NCBI GenBank assembly: GCA_951406725.2
Contig: OX597821.1
Coordinates: forward strand, 97,154,001-97,218,000
Length of the DNA: 64,000 nucleotides
Direction: 5' to 3'
From: Octopus vulgaris
Taxonomy: Eukaryota
Numbering within the stretch: the first letter of the stretch is position 1; the number at the start of each line of letters is the position of its first letter. The notes beneath the pieces are model-generated. The model made no database searches. It was not told the DNA's origin and saw nothing but the letters and a program-made list of their open reading frames with translations. Made by a program: the position numbers and the translations under genes. This document shows positions 1 through 11,869 of this stretch, one piece after another.

Positions 1-206
1 GGGCGAAATGCTTAGCAGCGGTATTTCGTCTGCGTTATGTTGTGAGTTCGAATTCCGACGAGGTCGACTTTGCCTTTCATCCTTTCGGGGTCGATAAATT
101 AAGTACCAGTTACGCACTGGGGTCGATGTAATCGACTTAATACCTATGTCTGTCCTTGTTTGTCCCCTCTGTATTTAGCCCCTTGTGGGTAATAAAGAAA
201 TAGGTA
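1..206 (+). mobile_element. tRNA-derived SINE family A, cut by the window start
   Basis: B-box-like GAGTTCGAATTCC, body GTCGACTTTGCCTTTCATCCTTTCGGGGTCGATAAATTAAGTACCAG and 3' end AAAGAAATAGGTA; many similar copies in the window. Confidence 0.9.
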
Positions 207-891
207 CCGACTAACACCCACCCCTCAAAAACTTCTGGTTTTCCGACAATATTAGAAACTGTTATCAAATTGGACGGTAGAAACTGTAGACTGCTGGAAT
301 AAAAGTTTTGCAGCTACAGTATATTTAGTTATGTCCCTTCATCTCGCGGGCGGATAAGTCAAGTTGTGTCTAATGAATAGACTGTAAGCCAAAAAATTTA
401 ACCTTGTGCCTACTATTAGGGATGGGTTGATAGCAGACTCGGCAGAGCGCCAGAGAGTCAGAGAAAAAAATATCTAACAGTATTTAATTTCGTTCTCAAC
501 TGGGTCGATGTTGCTTGTTATGCTTCTACTTTCAACAAAACATATACCAGTTATATTCTGTAAGTCGTATCGATTCGACTGTAAAATCTATATGTGTATG
601 TACGATTGCTATTGCATTTATCAATGGCGGAGAACTAGAAGGACATTTCGATCACAGTAACATGATTTTGAACACACAACGTCAGGGGAACGTAATTAAC
701 TACGCGACAGATTGTTTCTTCTATTTCACCGTTCTTCTGTTTGTTTGTTTCATTCATTTATAAAATATCTGATATTGTAGAAGAGTTGAAATTAAAATTC
801 CCAACGGGTAAACGTTTGATACAAAAGCGATGTTCTCCAGAGACCTGACAATTTAACCATGAGTAGAATGTCATGAGAATAAATCTCTTGC

Positions 892-892
<1 letters not shown>

Positions 893-981
<89 letters not shown>

Positions 982-1000
982 CATTATTATTATTATTATT
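893..1000. repeat. (TTA)n microsatellite
   Basis: Direct reading. Confidence 0.98.
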
Positions 1001-1753
1001 TCTATTCCCCTCCAGTGACTAGATTAAGTTTTTAATGAACTGGCGGTATTTATATCGATTAATTTCAAATAAGAACGATTTCAATATGATGTACCGTGAT
1101 TAATTCTTTAAGCAAATCAACTTTAGCTCGAATAATAAGTACGGACCAACGAGAGAACCTCTAAGCGGTCGCTTGCCTTGCTAGAAATAGCCCTGCCGAT
1201 TTAATAAAAAAGTTACTTTGGATAATGTAGTCGTAGATACACTATTCTTAGATGTGGTGATGAATGTGATCAGAATCAAGAGAGCAGAGGATATGAATAC
1301 ACTGAATAGGCCTTCGAAAAGATATACTGCTGTTCGATAATTCTGCAAAACCCTTTGTGGCTTCAGTAAAAGCAACAGACAAAAGAAACAGCGGATCTGC
1401 TAGTCTGTGGTTATAGAGTGTTTCTGAAAATGGTGAGTGAGTGAGTGAGTGTCGTTAGTGGCAACGATGAGTGAGTCGGCATTGATAAATTGATGGCAAC
1501 GGTGGATTAAATATCTTGCGATAGTTGCTTACGTAGCTGTATTCTGTGAGTTCGAATTTCATAATGAGCGATTTTCCTTTTTATCTTTTTGAAGTTGATA
1601 CAATAAAGAACCAGTTAACTAATCAAGAAGGTTTAATTAACTGCATCACACCTCTAAATCTGAGGCTGTGTATCCAAGTGAGAAATGACATTATTCATTC
1701 TATTACTGTTCGGTCACACTTGAGTGAATGGTGCACGGCTCAAAATTTACTCT

Positions 1754-1757
<4 letters not shown>

Positions 1758-1804
<47 letters not shown>

Positions 1805-1966
1805 ACACACATACATACATACATACATACATACATACACACATACACACACACACATACGTACATACATACATACATACATGCATACATACGTACGTAC
1901 GTACACACACACACACACATACGTACATACATACATACATACATACATACATACATACATACACAC

Positions 1967-1997
<31 letters not shown>

Positions 1998-2079
1998 TAC
2001 GTACATACATACATACATACATACATACACACACATACATACATACATACATACATACATACATACATACATACATACA

Positions 2080-2107
<28 letters not shown>
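1758..2107. repeat. Compound (CA)n/(CATA)n microsatellite
   Basis: Direct reading; source of the HT/YIHT pseudo-ORFs. Confidence 0.98.
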
Positions 2108-2110
<3 letters not shown>

Positions 2111-2362
2111 TTGATTATTAAACGCTGTTGATATTCAGAGTTTCGCGCTACGTTCACTCATTCGAGAAAATATAAAGGAAATGAAATAACTTGGAGGAAA
2201 GATGTGTCTGCAGAATACTGGTTAAACCAATTTTTATTATCGAAAATAGTTAGGTAATAGCTTATGTTGCAGCTTTATAGATAAATGTTGTTGCTGGCTT
2301 CAGTTATTTCGATGATGGAAAGAGAAGTCGATTTCTGCTAAGTCAAAAAGGAGGGTGACTCA

Positions 2363-3760
2363 TTGATCAACATCCTGAGTAACAACAACGGAACAGAAGT
2401 GCCTGTTCTCACTGGACTGTTCGTTTTACACACACCCAAGAGCTGCAGCCTGTGCGAAGACAATGGATTAGGCAGTTTACACCACATAGACAAATATGCT
2501 ATGAATAAATTTAGAAAGGTCCTGATATTAATAGAAAATCATTTGAATATAAGGCGGCGAGCTGGCAGAAACGTTAGCACGCCGGGCAAAATGCTTTGCA
2601 GTATTTCGTCTGCCGCTACGTTCTGAGTTCAAATTCCGCCGAGGTCGACTTTGCCTTTCATCCTTTCGGGGTCGATAAATTAAGTACCAGTGAAACACTG
2701 GGATCGATATAATCGACTTAATCCGTTTGCTTGTCCTTGTTTGTCCTCTCTGTGTTTAGCCCCTTGTGGGTAGTAAAGAAATAGGTATTTCGTCCGCCGC
2801 TGCGTTCTGAGTTCAAATTCCACCGAGGTCGACTTTGCCTTTCATCCTTTCGGGGTCGATAGATTAAGTACCAGTTACGCACTGGGGTCGATATAATCGA
2901 CTTAATCTGTTTGTCTGTCCTTGTTTGTCCCCTCTATGTTTAGCCCCTTGTGGGCAATAAAGAAATAAGAAAATCATTTGAATATTACAATTAACTCCAA
3001 CTCATTGATAGCTAACGTTTTAGACATTACTCTGCATTTGAGCAGAGGTAATCACTGCTTCAGTAAAACCAAGCGATGAAAACCGCATACAAACGCAAAA
3101 ATTCCACCCTTATTCCTCAGCCTCATGAAAGAATCTTGTGGGCGGTTTTAGTAGAAGAGTTTGACGCTTATTCTCTGATATTTTGAACTGGCCCACCCTC
3201 TATTACAACGACACACTAGAAAGGAATAGCTTTATCAAGAGACTTGTCTACAAAATATCAAAATATTCCTCCTCCCACTTACACATATATATATATACAC
3301 ACACCAGCAACAGAACAAACAAGTGGAAGGTGATTTGGCTCAATCTCTGTAAGGCAACAGATGCAACCTTTTAACAGTAATAAATTTTTTTGGACAAGAT
3401 TGTTTTCTCGATATCACGTGACATTTAAGACGTCACCTACCCTAACATACATCCAGATATCTCTAAACAGACAACCAGCTTGTAACTAGAGAAACCATTT
3501 AATCTACCTATTTAGAATCGTGTTTCTCCACATTGGTGCCATATAAAGCGGCCATAACACTCTCGGATAGTAATGAAAGGATTTGCGCGGTATCAACAGC
3601 AGACACCTTTAAAAGCTAATATAACCTGCGTTCAAACACATTTAAGTTGAGAAACAAGGAGAACTCCACTATCTTGTTCAAATTTACTTAGAAATTAAGG
3701 TACGACAGATAATATACTACAATAACGTGCGCTGTCGTGGACAGAGCTATGTCATATGAT
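2363..3760 (+). pseudogene. Decayed Penelope-like element reverse transcriptase region, split by a SINE
   Basis: Translated blocks SNNNGTEVPVLTGLFVLH..SLCEDNGLG (cf. GSYDGAEICELVGL..GLYRDDGL), KFRKVLILIENHLNI|TINSNSLIANVLDITLHL, KNLVGGFSRRV, LYYNDTLERNSF and KWKVIWLN occur in the order expected for a PLE ORF. Confidence 0.7.
2551..2967 (+). mobile_element. SINE family A, head plus two tandem body units, with 18-bp target-site duplication
   Basis: AGAAAATCATTTGAATAT at 2533-2550 and 2968-2985; second unit restarts at GGTATTTCGTC (2784). Confidence 0.93.
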
Positions 3761-3796
3761 AAAATGAAGCCTATAACTTAATAAAAGCTCTAAGTT

Positions 3797-3850
3797 ACCT
3801 TCTTAGTCATCAAAGCCGACTAAGGAGTCGACTTTGATGACTAAGAAGGT
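3797..3850. repeat. Near-perfect inverted repeat, 25-bp arms and 4-nt loop
   Basis: ACCTTCTTAGTCATCAAAGCCGACT-AAGG-AGTCGACTTTGATGACTAAGAAGGT, one mismatch. Confidence 0.95.
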
Positions 3851-4280
3851 TCAACCCTATCCCTAATCCTCATTAAGTAGCTGTCCCCGACAGCGCCCAA
3901 ACCCACATGTTAAATCTGAGAGCTCTTTCCTACATAACCGTAGCTAAAACCGACAGCTGTAATAATCTGAAAGGCTACAAACCAGACTACCACCTGAACA
4001 CTGTTCACTAAAAAAATCTGCTTAATCAGTGTGCTACTCAACATTTTTCTTCGCAGTTCATTTAATTTCAGTTCATAGTTGCCTGAATGAGGGAAGTAGT
4101 GCGAAACTCTGAGTAATAACTCTGAGTAATCATGAATCGAATCTTAAGAAAAATAAATTCTATATTCCAAAAGCCGAGTACTTTTCCTTTCGTTTGTAAA
4201 TAAAACCACATATATGTGCGTATGCATATATGTGTACATATGTATATATAGAGAGATGAGGGGGGAATTACAGAAACAGT

Positions 4281-4357
<77 letters not shown>

Positions 4358-4961
4358 TTGATTCATATATATAGTAATATATTAAATGTATATAATGATT
4401 GCTTCGCCTTCCTTTTCGTCAATAGTAGATTCCCGCTTACTTTTCACTGATTTTTTTCCAAGTTGGAAATTACAACCGAGAAAACTTCCAGCCATTCCGC
4501 TATTATTCTATTTCTGTTTCATAATGCTCCACGGATTAGATATGCCGAAACCTACTTACCTATTGTTTATCGGGCAACTGGCGTCTCAGAATTATTTAAT
4601 TTCCAAACAATCCTATTTTTTTTAATCCAACGTAAATACATTTCTATACATTTCCTAGCAATGTCTTCCCTGCCACTTCCACGTGTTACGCCGAAACTAC
4701 ATTTACACCGATGACATTCATATTTGTCAGTAAAACAAAAGAGAATAATATATTAGTCATCAACTAATTTTTCTCTTTCCCTGCAGATTATTTATACTTG
4801 AGCAGTTTTTTCTAAAGTTCCACGCCTTACTTATGCTGACATCCACTTACCATACTCACTATATCAGAACTTACTACTATAGAAGCCTAGAGTTATTCTC
4901 TTTGATTTCTTTTAAATTTCTAAAGTTTGCAATAAGATTTAAAGCTAAATTTGATTATCGC

Positions 4962-5035
4962 ATCGAATTTAGCTTAGAATAATCAGACCTTTATTCTAAA
5001 GAATAAAGATCTGATTATTTCAAGCTAAATTCGAT
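4962..5035. repeat. Inverted repeat, 35-bp arms and TAAA loop
   Basis: ATCGAATTTAGCTTAGAATAATCAGACCTTTATTC-TAAA-GAATAAAGATCTGATTATTTCAAGCTAAATTCGAT, three mismatches. Confidence 0.95.
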
Positions 5036-5387
5036 ATTTTAAAATGTTCACTAGAGAATAAATTAACTATTTCAACCAAAAGAGTGTAGCGAACTTTAAT
5101 GGACTTTCTCTATTATATATACATATATACGAACGTAGGAGGTAACAGCTAACCTTTGGCCGCTGTTTTGGACGCCGTTGTGTCTACCACTATGATTGGT
5201 TGGTATTGGCGCAATTTGTCTCTTACTCTATCGCGCGTCAATATGTATAATTCGCAAATCATTTTGTAAAGCAGCTCGCCTATGGGCACCACTCGTCTCG
5301 CGTCTTTGATCGATGGGCTCTTATTAAATTGCACCGTCACAACGTGTGCTGGTGGAGGTTATTCACTAACCAGTACGCTGTAAAATT

Positions 5388-6260
5388 TGGTGTGCCCACT
5401 AAGTTCAATTTTGTCTGCCACACTCTTTCTCCTGTACATCAACGACTTACCTGTTGTCACCTTCATTGATCCCAGTCTTAAGGAATGATATTACCCTTCA
5501 TTACTCCGTAATACTGCACACACAGTCTATATGTAAGCTTGTTATCTCAAGCCAGACCTGCACTGACTCTATGAACAGAGACACCGAAAAGCATCTTCCA
5601 ATGGAATCATTCTGATCTCGTCTCCCTTCAACAGTACAATCACTATGCATATCAAGAAAAAAATTATCGAATTCCACTTTCTAATAAGAATTATACGCAA
5701 AAAGGGGTTTCATTATCGCTACAAGCCTCAGGTCACTCCATCTCTGAAATTCCCCCTTGGCAAACGCACATCCTCAGCACAGCAAAGACTGCACCACAAA
5801 GACTGAACACCTCTTTAAAGCCAGAACATATTCCTTCCCCTAACATCTGCTAATTCTCTCTCGGCAAAACACAGGTGAGACCCACAATAGTGTATTGTTC
5901 CCATATACTGGATAGTGGTTTTAATGTTATATACACAGCCACCCTAGACGGCAGTGAAAGAAAATCCACTCGATCGATTACCATAAGATAACTCGTTGTA
6001 TCACACTAATCTCTGACCAATAGATATGATTTCTTTGTCTTTTTCTTTTTTTTTTTTTTGTACTACAATAGCAACTGGTCTTCTATCACCTCCATGCGTA
6101 AGCACTCCAACACGCCTGTCTCTTTTCCTCTTGTCATCCATATTGTGTCCATCCCTACGGACATGCACATCTACTACATCTACCCCTTCCTATTCACAAC
6201 GTTGTATTTTGTAAAGGTGGTCAAAACAAGGCCTATATATCATGAGGTTCTAAAATTTAG
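5388..6260 (+). pseudogene. Old CR1/L2/Jockey-group LINE RT remnant
   Basis: GVP..SILSATLFLLYINDLP (RT motif) near 5390-5455 and VRPTIVYCSHI near 5875; many stops and frameshifts. Confidence 0.65.
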
Positions 6261-7079
6261 GAATATTTAACGGTTGAGAAGATATTTAAATATTAATAGT
6301 TGAGTAAAAAAACTGTCAGACATCAAGGCTGAAGAAGATAGAATAAAATAGGGAGTAAAGAGAATGATGATGATGATGATGATGGTGATACATACGTATA
6401 TACATATACTCCACACACACACACACACACACACACATATGAATGAGGGGGTGGGATAGAGAACTGACTGAATGAATTGAGAAAGAAGCATGAAAGAAGT
6501 AAACATTATTGAAAAGGGTATGCTTATTAGGGAGAAGTGAGAAAGCGAATAAGAAAACGCAAGGTTATGTAAGTAATTGGCTGAATAAAGTGAGAAAAAT
6601 TTAGGGAAGGGGAAGAAGTATCTGAAAAAAGAAGAAACAGAAAATAAGTTACAGTAATATACAGACGAGAAGGGAAACCAAGCAAAATGGCGAGATAGAG
6701 ACATATATTGATAGTAGTGGGAAGACTACTGATCTGTGCTTCAATAAATAAAGTACTATAAAATATTAATAATATAAAAAGATATACAAGATTCAGTAGC
6801 CAGATTCGAGTGTTTTTTCCAGTTATGAGAGAAAAAAAAAGCCGACTTATTAATAGTTTTCATCCTTCTGTGATATATCTTTGAAAAGCACTTAGCTACT
6901 AGAGAGCTTTTGATTCAACATATAGGTTAGAAAAGAGAACTCACAAGAAAAGATATTTATAAAACTTCAAAGAGCTTGGAAAAAGAAAAGGAAAAATAAT
7001 TTCAAAGAAATTCCACCTATAAAATTGCAATATATTTCGCCTCTAGGTAGAATAAACTTCCGTAAAATAATCATATTTT

Positions 7080-7930
7080 GGTGATTGCGTTTCGAAGATA
7101 TTTCATGCCTACAATTCAACAAGTTGAAAGGAGATGTCAGTATGAAGAATTTTTCACTGGTACATATGCAGCACAATTCAAATCCTCAGAATATAGTTTG
7201 GCAAATTCTACATTTTATCACAATATCTTACTGTCTGTGGTATTTTAATCTTCCGATTTCCCGATGTATAGTCGAAGGGAGGTGGTTATTTTACTCCGGC
7301 TTCCTCAAAGAACATGCGTGTTGTGTGAATCTGCTATTAAAGGTACGTTCTTTTAAACCAAAATATATTTGTTCATTTAGTTTGTCAACTTCACTTTAGC
7401 ATACCAGCTCTTTGATGAAGCATATAGTCAAGTGGACATGAGATGCTGTTGATACAATTACATTGAAGTTGGTCAATTAACGAAAGGTTGTTATTGTAAT
7501 TTCTTCTGTTTATGGTAGGAATCAAACACTTCATATTGTTGGTAGAACAACAACTAACTTTACTGGAGTTCTTGTCACATGTTTTCTGATACTTGTGACC
7601 TATTGGAAACTACCTCTGTATTAGGCGCAAGGAGATTTTTGGATTCCACTCCCAGTCTATAAACTAGTTGATGATACGCTTCCGCGGTATTTTATGGCTC
7701 TGCAACATGTTATGAGCTGACATATATTGTATTTCCTCGTAGAAATACAATATATGTTGTGAATTTCAAGGAATTGTTATAATAGGGTGATGCACGGTTA
7801 ATCATTTCAGTTTAGTGCAAACGAGAAATACGACGGCTAATATTATTCGCTAAATTCTTCAAGACTATTGGAATATGACTGGCAAACTTATTATGTGTAC
7901 CGAATTTTTATTTGGTTTTCTGTGATATCT
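7080..7930 (-). pseudogene. Decayed Penelope-like element (RT C-terminus to GIY-YIG C-terminus)
   Basis: Minus-strand blocks ASHIPIVLKNLANNISRRISRL..ASPYYNNSLK, IYFGLKERTFNSRFTQH and CCICTSEKFFILTSPFNLLNCRHEISSKRNH (cf. CxLCxxEK..LLNxRxE..SKCxH). Confidence 0.75.
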
Positions 7931-8636
7931 ATGATTAGTCGTGTTTACATCTAATGTAATATTTTTTTTTAAAATGAAACAAAGACCACATTATGTAATG
8001 TCTCCTTTTTATGTAAGACATTTATGATGTAATTCGAGACAGATTTAGTTGCTATTTCTACCTGTATAGCAACCACTTAGAGGTTCTGTTGATTCGTTGT
8101 TATAAATGTCATTGCAAGAAAGGAGCCCCTGATTTTTAAAGCGGGAAAATTTTACAAGGAGAGCATGGAGAAGCCTACACCATGGTGATAATGTCAGTGT
8201 GTTTCTTTTACATAGATGGCGCCAGTTGCAAACTCTTTTCGTATCAAATAACAGGTGAGTCTGGTAGTCCTATAAGGAACGGTGTTAAATGAACGCAACG
8301 CATTTCGAAAAAGTTTTTCTGGCATAGCACGCAACTCTCAAATATGAAGAGCCGCTTGTCGCTTGTTTAAGACCTGAGCTATATTAATGTTTACATAAAT
8401 ACATATATTTATGGGAAGTGGTATTCCTGTAGCAAAAACATCATCGCTTCAGCATGAATACGCAAACGACTCAAATTTCTTGGCATTCATATATGTAAGA
8501 CATTTACTTCAGTTATAAATAAGATAGCTTTATAATTAGACAGTTTGGCAACAAAAACCAATAACAAAAACACAAGACAGAAAATAAGCGAAAAAAAAAA
8601 TTTGCCAAATGGTAGGAATATTCTCTTTCCCTACTC

Positions 8637-8691
<55 letters not shown>

Positions 8692-8826
8692 GAGTGAGAG
8701 TGCAGTGCATGCCATCAAAGTGACACTGGGGTAAAATATACGAAGCCCAGTATACCCATCATGACTACCCGTCTGAAAAGGGTACACTAGGCACATGCAT
8801 CACAGCCATATGTGCACGATGCACAT
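8692..8826 (-). mobile_element. Short retroposon 3' fragment embedded in (TAA)n
   Basis: Non-repetitive block flanked on both sides by TAA/TTA tracts; on the minus strand it ends directly in (AAT)n, like the Dong-type insertions here. Family not established. Confidence 0.4.
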
Positions 8827-8844
8827 ATTATTATTATTATTATT

Positions 8845-8882
<38 letters not shown>

Positions 8883-9230
8883 GGGTAATCATCATGGTGG
8901 ATTGCACGTCGGGCAAAATGCTTTGCAGCATTTCGGCCAATCTTCATGTTCTGAGAGAGTTCAAATATTGCCCAAATCGACCTTGCCTTTCAACTTTTCG
9001 GGGTCGATCAAATAAGCACCAGCTGAGCGCTGGATCGATTCAATCGACTTCACCCTCTCCTGAAATTGCCGGCCTTGAACCAAAATTTGAAACCATTGTC
9101 ATCATCGTCATCATCATCATCATGACGATGCTAGGGCGATAGATTGACGGAATCGTTAAAGCATTTGACATGTTTTGCAGTAGTTTGTTGCGCTGGCCTA
9201 CGTAGCGGGTCGTCAGAAGCGTTAGCCCGC

Positions 9231-9465
9231 CGGGCGAGCTGGCAGAAGCGTTAGCCCACCGGGCGAAATGCTTAGCGGTATTTCGTCTGCCGCTACGTTC
9301 TGAGTTCAAATTCCGCCGAGGTCGACTTTGCCTTTCATCCTTTCGGGGTCGATAGATTAAGTACCAGTTACGCACTGGGGTCGATATAATCGACTTAACC
9401 CGTTTGTCTGTCCTTGTTTGTCCCCTCTGTGTTTAGCACCTTGTGGATAGTAAAGAAATAGGTAT
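9231..9465 (+). mobile_element. SINE family A, full length
   Basis: GGCGAGCTGGCAGAAGCGTTAG (A box) to AAAGAAATAGGTAT. Confidence 0.92.
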
Positions 9466-9774
9466 AATATACTAGTAATGTACCGCGGTTGATGGTATTG
9501 ACTAACTCCTATCACACCAAAAGTTTCAACTTTTGTACCTAGGTAGAAACAGTATTTTTTTTTGTTTGTTTCTATTGCTACTGTTATTTTTGTTATTGAT
9601 GTTTCTAAGCGGATGAATTAGCATTATCAGTAGGGTGATAGACAATAGGCTCTGTGGTATGCAGAAAAAAAAAATTTACATTGAGTCCGATTCTGAGCGC
9701 TGAAACAGATTCTACTTTATATTTTCTATGATGATGATGACGACGATGATGATGATGATGATGATGAGGATGAT

Positions 9775-10040
9775 GGTGGAAACTACCACCTGTGTCATCT
9801 CTTGTGAAAGGTAGGAGAGTCCAGTTTGCTGGACATTGTTATAGAGCTGAAAAAGAAGTAATTTCTACTCTTCTCCTCTGGAAGCCATCTACTCGCAATA
9901 CCAGAGGGTGCACACTCTCCTACCCTGATGTAATCTCCAGGGATACAGGCATCCAGCAACAGGACCTCCGTAATGCCATGATGGACCGTGAAGTCTGGCG
10001 TAGCATGGTAAATTCCATTGTCTCGACCACGGTCGAACAA
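9775..10040 (+). mobile_element. RTE-group LINE 3' end with (TGA)n tail
   Basis: LPPVSSLVKGRRVQFAGHCYR..LLLWKP..RG..LSYPDVISRDTG..AMMDREVWRSMV, a typical RTE C-terminus; sits within (GAT)n. Confidence 0.85.
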
Positions 10041-10729
10041 TGATGATGATGATGATGATGTGGTGGTGATGGTGATGGTGATGGTGATGATGATGATGAT
10101 GATCATCATCATCATTATTTACACAGACGCACACATACGACTACACACAAACACATGTTCATGCACATACATAAATGCATATATATATAACCATATGCAT
10201 ATATGTGACAAATATAAATACATATACATATATATATATATATAAATGTAAATATACATATCTATATACGTATACATACACACTGGTGCACGCACATGCG
10301 TATATATACACATATAAAAATGTACACACACACACACACACATATATATGCATACATTTATGAATTTACACTATTATACTTGTGTGTATACATAAATCTA
10401 TTATATGTATATATTATAAGCTTTCACTCACAAATATTTATATATGAGTATATATTTGAATGTGTGTGTGTGTGTGTGTGTGTGTGTGTTCACCTTCGCA
10501 GATCTAACGTAATAGAGGTAACACCCACGTCACGTTTGATAATAATAAGTCTTGATTGTGACTGAAGTACTCTCAAATGGCTGCTAGTAAATATCACATT
10601 GTGTTTGATTGCGCTGTGTCGTACAAAGACACAAAAGCACTCGATAAATACTTCTAGCAGAAGTGCATATAGCATACACATACATGCACCGTGAGTGTGT
10701 GTGTGTGTGTGTGTGTGTGCGCGTGTGTG

Positions 10730-10770
<41 letters not shown>

Positions 10771-11574
10771 TAACTACGAGTACAAACACACATGACCTGA
10801 TTAGCTGGTCCACATGTTCACACAGTTCAATTATTGTCTGTTCCATACCTTTCAGTCGGCTGATGAGTAGAATCAACGAGACAACGCTGACACTACGACA
10901 TCTATAGGTTTGAGCTTATAACCCTCGTTTCCTTGACGCATACACAGAAAATGTCTTTAAACAGCAACAACAACAACAACAACAAAAAATGATGAACGAC
11001 ATGTAGATGTTTCCAATTCCTGTGTTATTAGAGTAAAAAAAAATATCGTTTAATGACTAGTTAATGGGAGAATGCTAGATGATATTGTAATTAGCTGTTT
11101 AAAATGTTAGTATGATATAAATGGATTGGACTGAAGTGTTGGCCTGTCGTCAACGGTATTACGTTTGTGAGAATATAAGCTGAACTGCATATTTACAAGT
11201 ATTTTAATAGATTAGTTGTGACGTAAGCTCGGATCGATTAGTGTTCAAGGAAACCTGCAGGATTTCGTATCCAGTCATAGTAACTTCAGTATATCAAAAA
11301 CGAAACTTTGGATATCTGAAATCCAATGGTAAAGAGGAGATAGATAGTGTTATGTGTAGTTTTGGGTTCTAATGGGATAGACAACCAATATGAAAGCCAT
11401 TGTTATTGTTTTACGTGTTTATTTACTTTTCAGCGTAGAGATACATTTATTACTTTACACACAGTTTGTACTGTTCACTAACAAAAATAGTGCCAAAAGT
11501 GGGGATGTATTTTATGCACGTATACACATAGATATGAATGTGTAACAGATAGATAGGTAGATAGATAGATAGAT

Positions 11575-11620
<46 letters not shown>

Positions 11621-11869
11621 GGGGTAGATTAAAAAAATGTTAAGTGTGGGATAACTTAGAGCAAACCAAGATGTTGAGTCTTCGTACCTTGTCGGCGTCT
11701 TTTATTTCTAGCCTTGACCAACACATTTTGATACTCAGATAACCCAGCCTAAGTAGCTGGAAATAGGTACTACAGAGTAGTAAGAAAGATTGATCCTAAG
11801 CCCCTGCAGCACTACATAATTGTTTTCTAACATAGGTAGAGAGACCTAACGCTTGAAGGAAAGATTACA

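Noticed and set aside
1546-2157. Long His/Thr/Tyr and Val/Cys/Met ORFs here and at 13.9k, 29.4k, 33.2k, 49k, 59k and 61-63k
   Set aside because: Translations of microsatellites that lack stop codons in several frames; not evidence of coding.
2784-2967. Ribozyme within the SINE A unit
   Set aside because: No CUGANGA/GAAA core or convincing HDV or twister fold found on either strand by eye.
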